From Psammoneis japonica (Eukaryota), in NCBI GenBank assembly GCA_008632985.1, contig QPGO01000236.1, positions 62,001 through 103,230 of the forward strand: DNA of 41,230 bases, read 5' to 3'. Shown piece after piece: positions 37,435-41,230 of the stretch (its first letter is position 1; every line of letters starts with the position of its first letter). Below the pieces are notes generated by a model. The model did no database searches and was not told where the DNA came from. It saw only the letters and a list, made by a program, of their open reading frames with translations. Both the position numbers and the translations under genes were made by a program.

Positions 37435-39422
37435 CTCAACCGATGAATGGCTTTTCTTGTTTGTGACAATGTTTGCAAAAATTGACAAACCAAGGATTGT
37501 GTGGAAATGCAACCATGCATTGGCACATGGCAACAAGGTGGAGGCAGATGTGGTGATGTGGATGCAGTGAAAAACAGCATGCATGATTCTCAACAAGTTG
37601 TTGCAACATTGGCGTGGCAAACTTGCAACCAGAGGTTGGCCTTTCATTGTGTGACAACAATGTTTTGCAACATTTTGACAAATCATCATCATGCAAATCT
37701 GCACATTTTTAACATTTCGTGCACTCTGATGTGTGTGATGTTCGCCGCTGCTCGGAAGACAAGATGGCGCGTCAATCGATGATGACAACACCTTCTTGTC
37801 ATTGTTTGAAAGCACTCAAACCAACCATTGACAGCTTCGTGTTGGGCGCGAGCGACGGTTTTCATGTGTTGGTCGGCATTCCGCAGGCCGGTTGGTGCCA
37901 CACAATGCTGGTGTCTGTTGCTGTGTGCCCCATCAGCTGGGTGATGCTCTCCATGTTGAAGTTCACAATTGGTTGCCTCTTGAGCTGCACTCAAATCAGG
38001 CAAACCAGCTGGGCAGGGGCCATTCACCCACCCACCATCACAGAGGAACACGGCACCACAATCAGTTCAAAATTCATGTGCGCTGCCTGCAAAAATGCGC
38101 GCGTCAACTGCCCCTTGTTTGTGCAACTGCATTGATCACACAATGTCCATTTTTCTGTCTGTGATGGGATTGTGGCGAGTCAAATGTCAGCACATTGATT
38201 TTCAAAAAGAAGCTGGAGTTGTGGCGCGCACCAAGTTTAAATTCACAGTTGGCTCTGTCCCAACCCACGCCCATTGTCTCAACGCATCTTCATGCATGCC
38301 ATCACAGATTCCAGCCATTGTTGTTTCAGGATCATGCAGTTTGAGAAAACAAGGGGTGTGCAACAAATGAGTGGGCAGAAACCCATGTGGCACATTGCCA
38401 TCATCTTCAAGAAGGCCTCACAACTCGCACACCACGTCTCGCGGAGAGCAGAAGTGAGGTGCAAACCTGTGGTTCCAAATCCGTTCCGACCCCATTGGCC
38501 TCTGGACAATGCCCTGCGCAAGACAATCCACTGTGGCTTTGGGCAGTTGGGCGGTCATGGCGGGCGATGCATGCTTGTCTGAATCGTGTGTTTGATGTTT
38601 GTCATGCTGTGACGGTGCACTGCTGCTGCTGCTGTCATTGTCGTGCATGCCACGCAGAAGTTTTTGGTGCAGCAGGTTGGGTTCTCATCAAGTTGAGAGT
38701 GTGGTCAAATTTTGTTTCGGGGATGCCACCTGCAGGCCATTTTCTAAGATTCCCTTTGGGCGCGGTTCGGGAACGATTTGGGAACGCTTTTGGAGCGTTC
38801 CGGGAGCAGCGGAAATGCGGGAATGACGAAATGCCCATTTCGTCGAATGGCATTTCCATGATGGAGCCATTGGCGGTTGTCACAGTTCTTGTTTGGTGCC
38901 AAGCAATGCCAGCAGTTACAGTGCATCCTGACAGCTCAACTTGTGGCCACTGCAACTCAAAATCATTGAGACTGCCAACAGCCATTTTTTTCTTAGAAAA
39001 AACAGAAACCTGTTTTGACGGGTGCACCTTTTGGCAACAAAGCCATCAAATCAATTTGACTTTTGCAATTGCGCGTGTCACATGGACAGTTGGAAAAATG
39101 GTGCACTTCACAATGATGCACTGTCCATTTCATCAGCTGATTGACAGGCTCCAAAGATGGCTCTGCACGTGAATTGGTGTGGTTGAGAACGTTCTCGGTG
39201 CATTCTCGGAACGCTTTCGGAATGCTTTTGGCACAACATGCAAGGGAATCTTGAAGCCCAACACTTCACAACAGTCCCCCCCGAGAGGCCTTTTTTGATT
39301 TGGGGGTTGGAGCAACTTGGCGGGATTTGAATTTGAAACCAACTGTCCCACAAAAAGAGGGTGTCAAGATGGTTGTGAATTGTTCCGGGATCGCGATGCG
39401 AACCTCCAAGTCGTGTTGTGCT

Positions 39423-39554
39423 GCAACTCGACATCATCACTCCTTCATGCCACAGCACACAAAAAAACACACACGATGCCAAAAATGTGCAGCAACTCGA
39501 TCATCACTCCTTCATGCCACAGCACACAAAAAAACACACACGATGCCAAAAATG
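39423..39554 (+). repeat. ~65-bp direct tandem duplication including a start codon
   Basis: gcaactcga..tcatcactccttcatgccacagcacacaaaaaaacacacacgatgccaaaaatg occurs twice. Confidence 0.9.
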
Positions 39555-40605
39555 AACACCAGAAGCAAGTCAGCGCTTGGTGCTGACTTGAAACCTCCCC
39601 CCAATTTTTGCAAGGGATCCCCTGACCACATGCTGCTCAGGGATCTCCTGTTGCAAAACAGGGTCAATCCTGGAGCATGCCAAAGGAGGTTCAGGCCATG
39701 CATGCTGAGTTCACGAGGCATCCACTTGCCAAGTTTTGCACTCAGCTGTGCAAGCTGAAGACAGAAGCTGGCTTCAACCTGCGTCAATGAAGCATCAATG
39801 AAAGCACCGCACCACTGGCAGATGATGGTGCCAGTGGAAGCAAGTGTCGCCTCATGCTGCACAATGTCAAATGAAAGACAATGCACTCTCATGTTGCTCT
39901 TTTTTTCTCTTGACTCTTGTCCACTTGTTTCAAAAGGGAAGACCTTGAAATGGACAAGGACGAGCTCTCAGCCAACGCTGGCCTGCTGTCAGCCAAGGAA
40001 ACCATCAGTTGTGCAGCCGTCGCCCCCCCACTGCTGAGGACCCCCCAGCATTTGAGGATGAAAAAACATTCAAGCCCGTGGTTTTGCAGGCAACCTGAAA
40101 GGATTCTGTCAACAAGACAGACCATGTGGTGCCAGTGATTGCAGCTCCCTCAGGAGTGTGCACTGAGGACCTTTCTGGCTTCAAGCTCACCATGACGGGT
40201 GGCAGTTGGTTTTTACAGCGCACCTCCAAGTGGCCAGGTCACAGCATGGACATGGACTCACTCCATGCTGTGCTGGTGGAGGAGGCACAATCCCAAGAAG
40301 AACAAGAGCTCAGGGATGTGCGCAAGCACCCAGAGGCACTTTCGGACAAGTTGTCCTTGATGAGGCTGTTGGACAGTGATGCACTGGCATCAACGGCCAC
40401 CACTCCTTTGCCCATCAAAGTGTCAAAAAAGATCAACAAGGTCAATCTTTTGGGAGGCAAGGATGGTTCAAGAATTGCACATGCTCACCTCAAAGCCAAG
40501 GACTCAACACACTGCTCTGTGGAGAGCCCCAAGGTCATGTTGATTGATGGCACTTGTGTGGAGAAGTGGGGTGGCATGGCGGTTTCTTTTCGTTTTGCGT
40601 TTTAG
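39543..40605 (+). pseudogene. Probable second (DNA-binding partner) gene of the Harbinger-like element
   Basis: Divergent from the transposase. Frameshifted pieces PKEVQAMHAEFTRHPLAKF..QL.KLK and VIAAPSGV...KWP...DMDSLH. Two-gene organisation is typical of PIF/Harbinger. Confidence 0.45.
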
Positions 40606-41140
40606 TTTTCACAGCAGCAACAAGGACAAGTGTGGCGGCTGCCATTGGAAATGCCAGCAGTTCAGAACATTGGCTCGGCTGCATTGTTGTGCTTCTTGTG
40701 GCAGCACAACAGCGTCTTTGCATCTTGTTTCAATCCATGACATTGTTGACAATGGCGCCGCGTGCCGGTGCCAGCAGCAGGCCACCGGCACAGCACATCG
40801 ATGCAGTGTGCATGGCGGCACAGTCGGCAGCATCGGCTGTGGGCACGTGTGCTGTCAGAGCACGAATCCTTTAAAATGCGAGAAAAAAAGGGGGGAATGA
40901 AAATTTCCATTTTTCATGCAACTCCCCGATCAGGATGGTGAAAATGAGTGAAAATGTTGCACCCCCAACAAGCAATGTTGACTTCAATCTGGAGTGTGGT
41001 CGGCCAATGTTTGCGCGCGTGTGCACACCACAAGATGGTGGGGTTCGATGATTTGTGACTTGCGGCCTTTTCCACGGGTCTCTGATGTTGGCTGTTCATT
41101 TGGTGTTGAAGACAAATGTGCCCATCTGTCAAACTCTTGT

Positions 41141-41212
41141 GCTGCGGAGCTCGCACACAGAATTCTGTGGGTCCAATGTCACACAGATCCCCGCCTTGGA
41201 CTGGAGTCCATC
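41141..41212 (-). mobile_element. Single terminus of a diverged relative of the 396-bp MITE
   Basis: Aligns without gaps to 32762-32833 (ggagctc...ccaatgtcacac...ctgga). No matching second end found. Confidence 0.6.
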
Positions 41213-41230
41213 TTTGATGCCATTTTTGCC

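Larger units (their letters stand above)
32175..37731 (-). mobile_element. Non-autonomous deletion derivative of the element B family, element C
   Basis: TIR CATCAGAGTGCACGA at both ends and TG on both flanks (32173-32174, 37732-37733). Removing it rejoins the Harbinger transposase C-terminus (NIT|QLS). Confidence 0.9.
32116..38558 (-). pseudogene. PIF/Harbinger (IS5-like) DDE transposase, interrupted by element C
   Basis: N-terminal exon 38558-38230 (PTHLLHTPCFLKLH...LRQWAW), then a probable intron. C-terminal part 38030-37732 (WVNGPCPAG.PD...GE...ADGAH...RAQHEAVNGWF...VFRAAANIT). Last codons at 32174-32116. Confidence 0.75.

Noticed and set aside
1..41230. Very dense overlapping ORFs in all six frames, Cys/His-rich 'metal-binding' proteins
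   Set aside because: Explained by loss of TAA/TAG and by Tyr to Cys/His conversion. Most listed ORFs are shadows, not genes.
1..41230. Alternative genetic code as the cause of missing Tyr
   Set aside because: TA loss also affects non-coding MITEs, LTRs, TIRs and splice donors, and aligned sites give either His or Cys.
1..41230. CpG deamination or classical RIP as the sole explanation of TG/CA excess
   Set aside because: CpG decay probably contributes (TGA stops at likely CGA codons) but cannot deplete TA, and RIP would increase TA.

Overview
Eukaryotic, probably diatom/stramenopile-type (inferred from the TE families) nest of decayed transposons with no recognisable host gene. Three related TIR elements with CATCAGAG...CTCTGATG ends and a Plavaka-like (CMC-type) transposase dominate. 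Element B (3551-28564) contains element A (3741-16373, 2-bp TSD CT). Element C (32175-37731, TSD TG) is an internally deleted relative of B inserted into a PIF/Harbinger-like transposase gene. A and B share an accessory gene, the transposase and a ~5-kb convergent cargo gene with an HxD motif, an ExxLCE-type helical region and a C-terminal DYYW-like domain (candidate DNA-base-modifying protein). In C that cargo is replaced by an unrelated 329-aa ORF. Smaller insertions are a 396-bp MITE (three copies, 4-bp TSDs), a 446-bp TRIM-like LTR element with an internal tRNA-like A/B box, and the 3' end of an RLE non-LTR retrotransposon. The most striking signal is window-wide TpA to TpG/CpA hypermutation, opposite in direction to fungal RIP. 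Tyr is almost absent, conserved Tyr positions read Cys or His, GTAAGT donors read GCAAGT, and repeat copies differ at TA versus TG/CA. Family assignments come from motif recognition by eye, not database searches.
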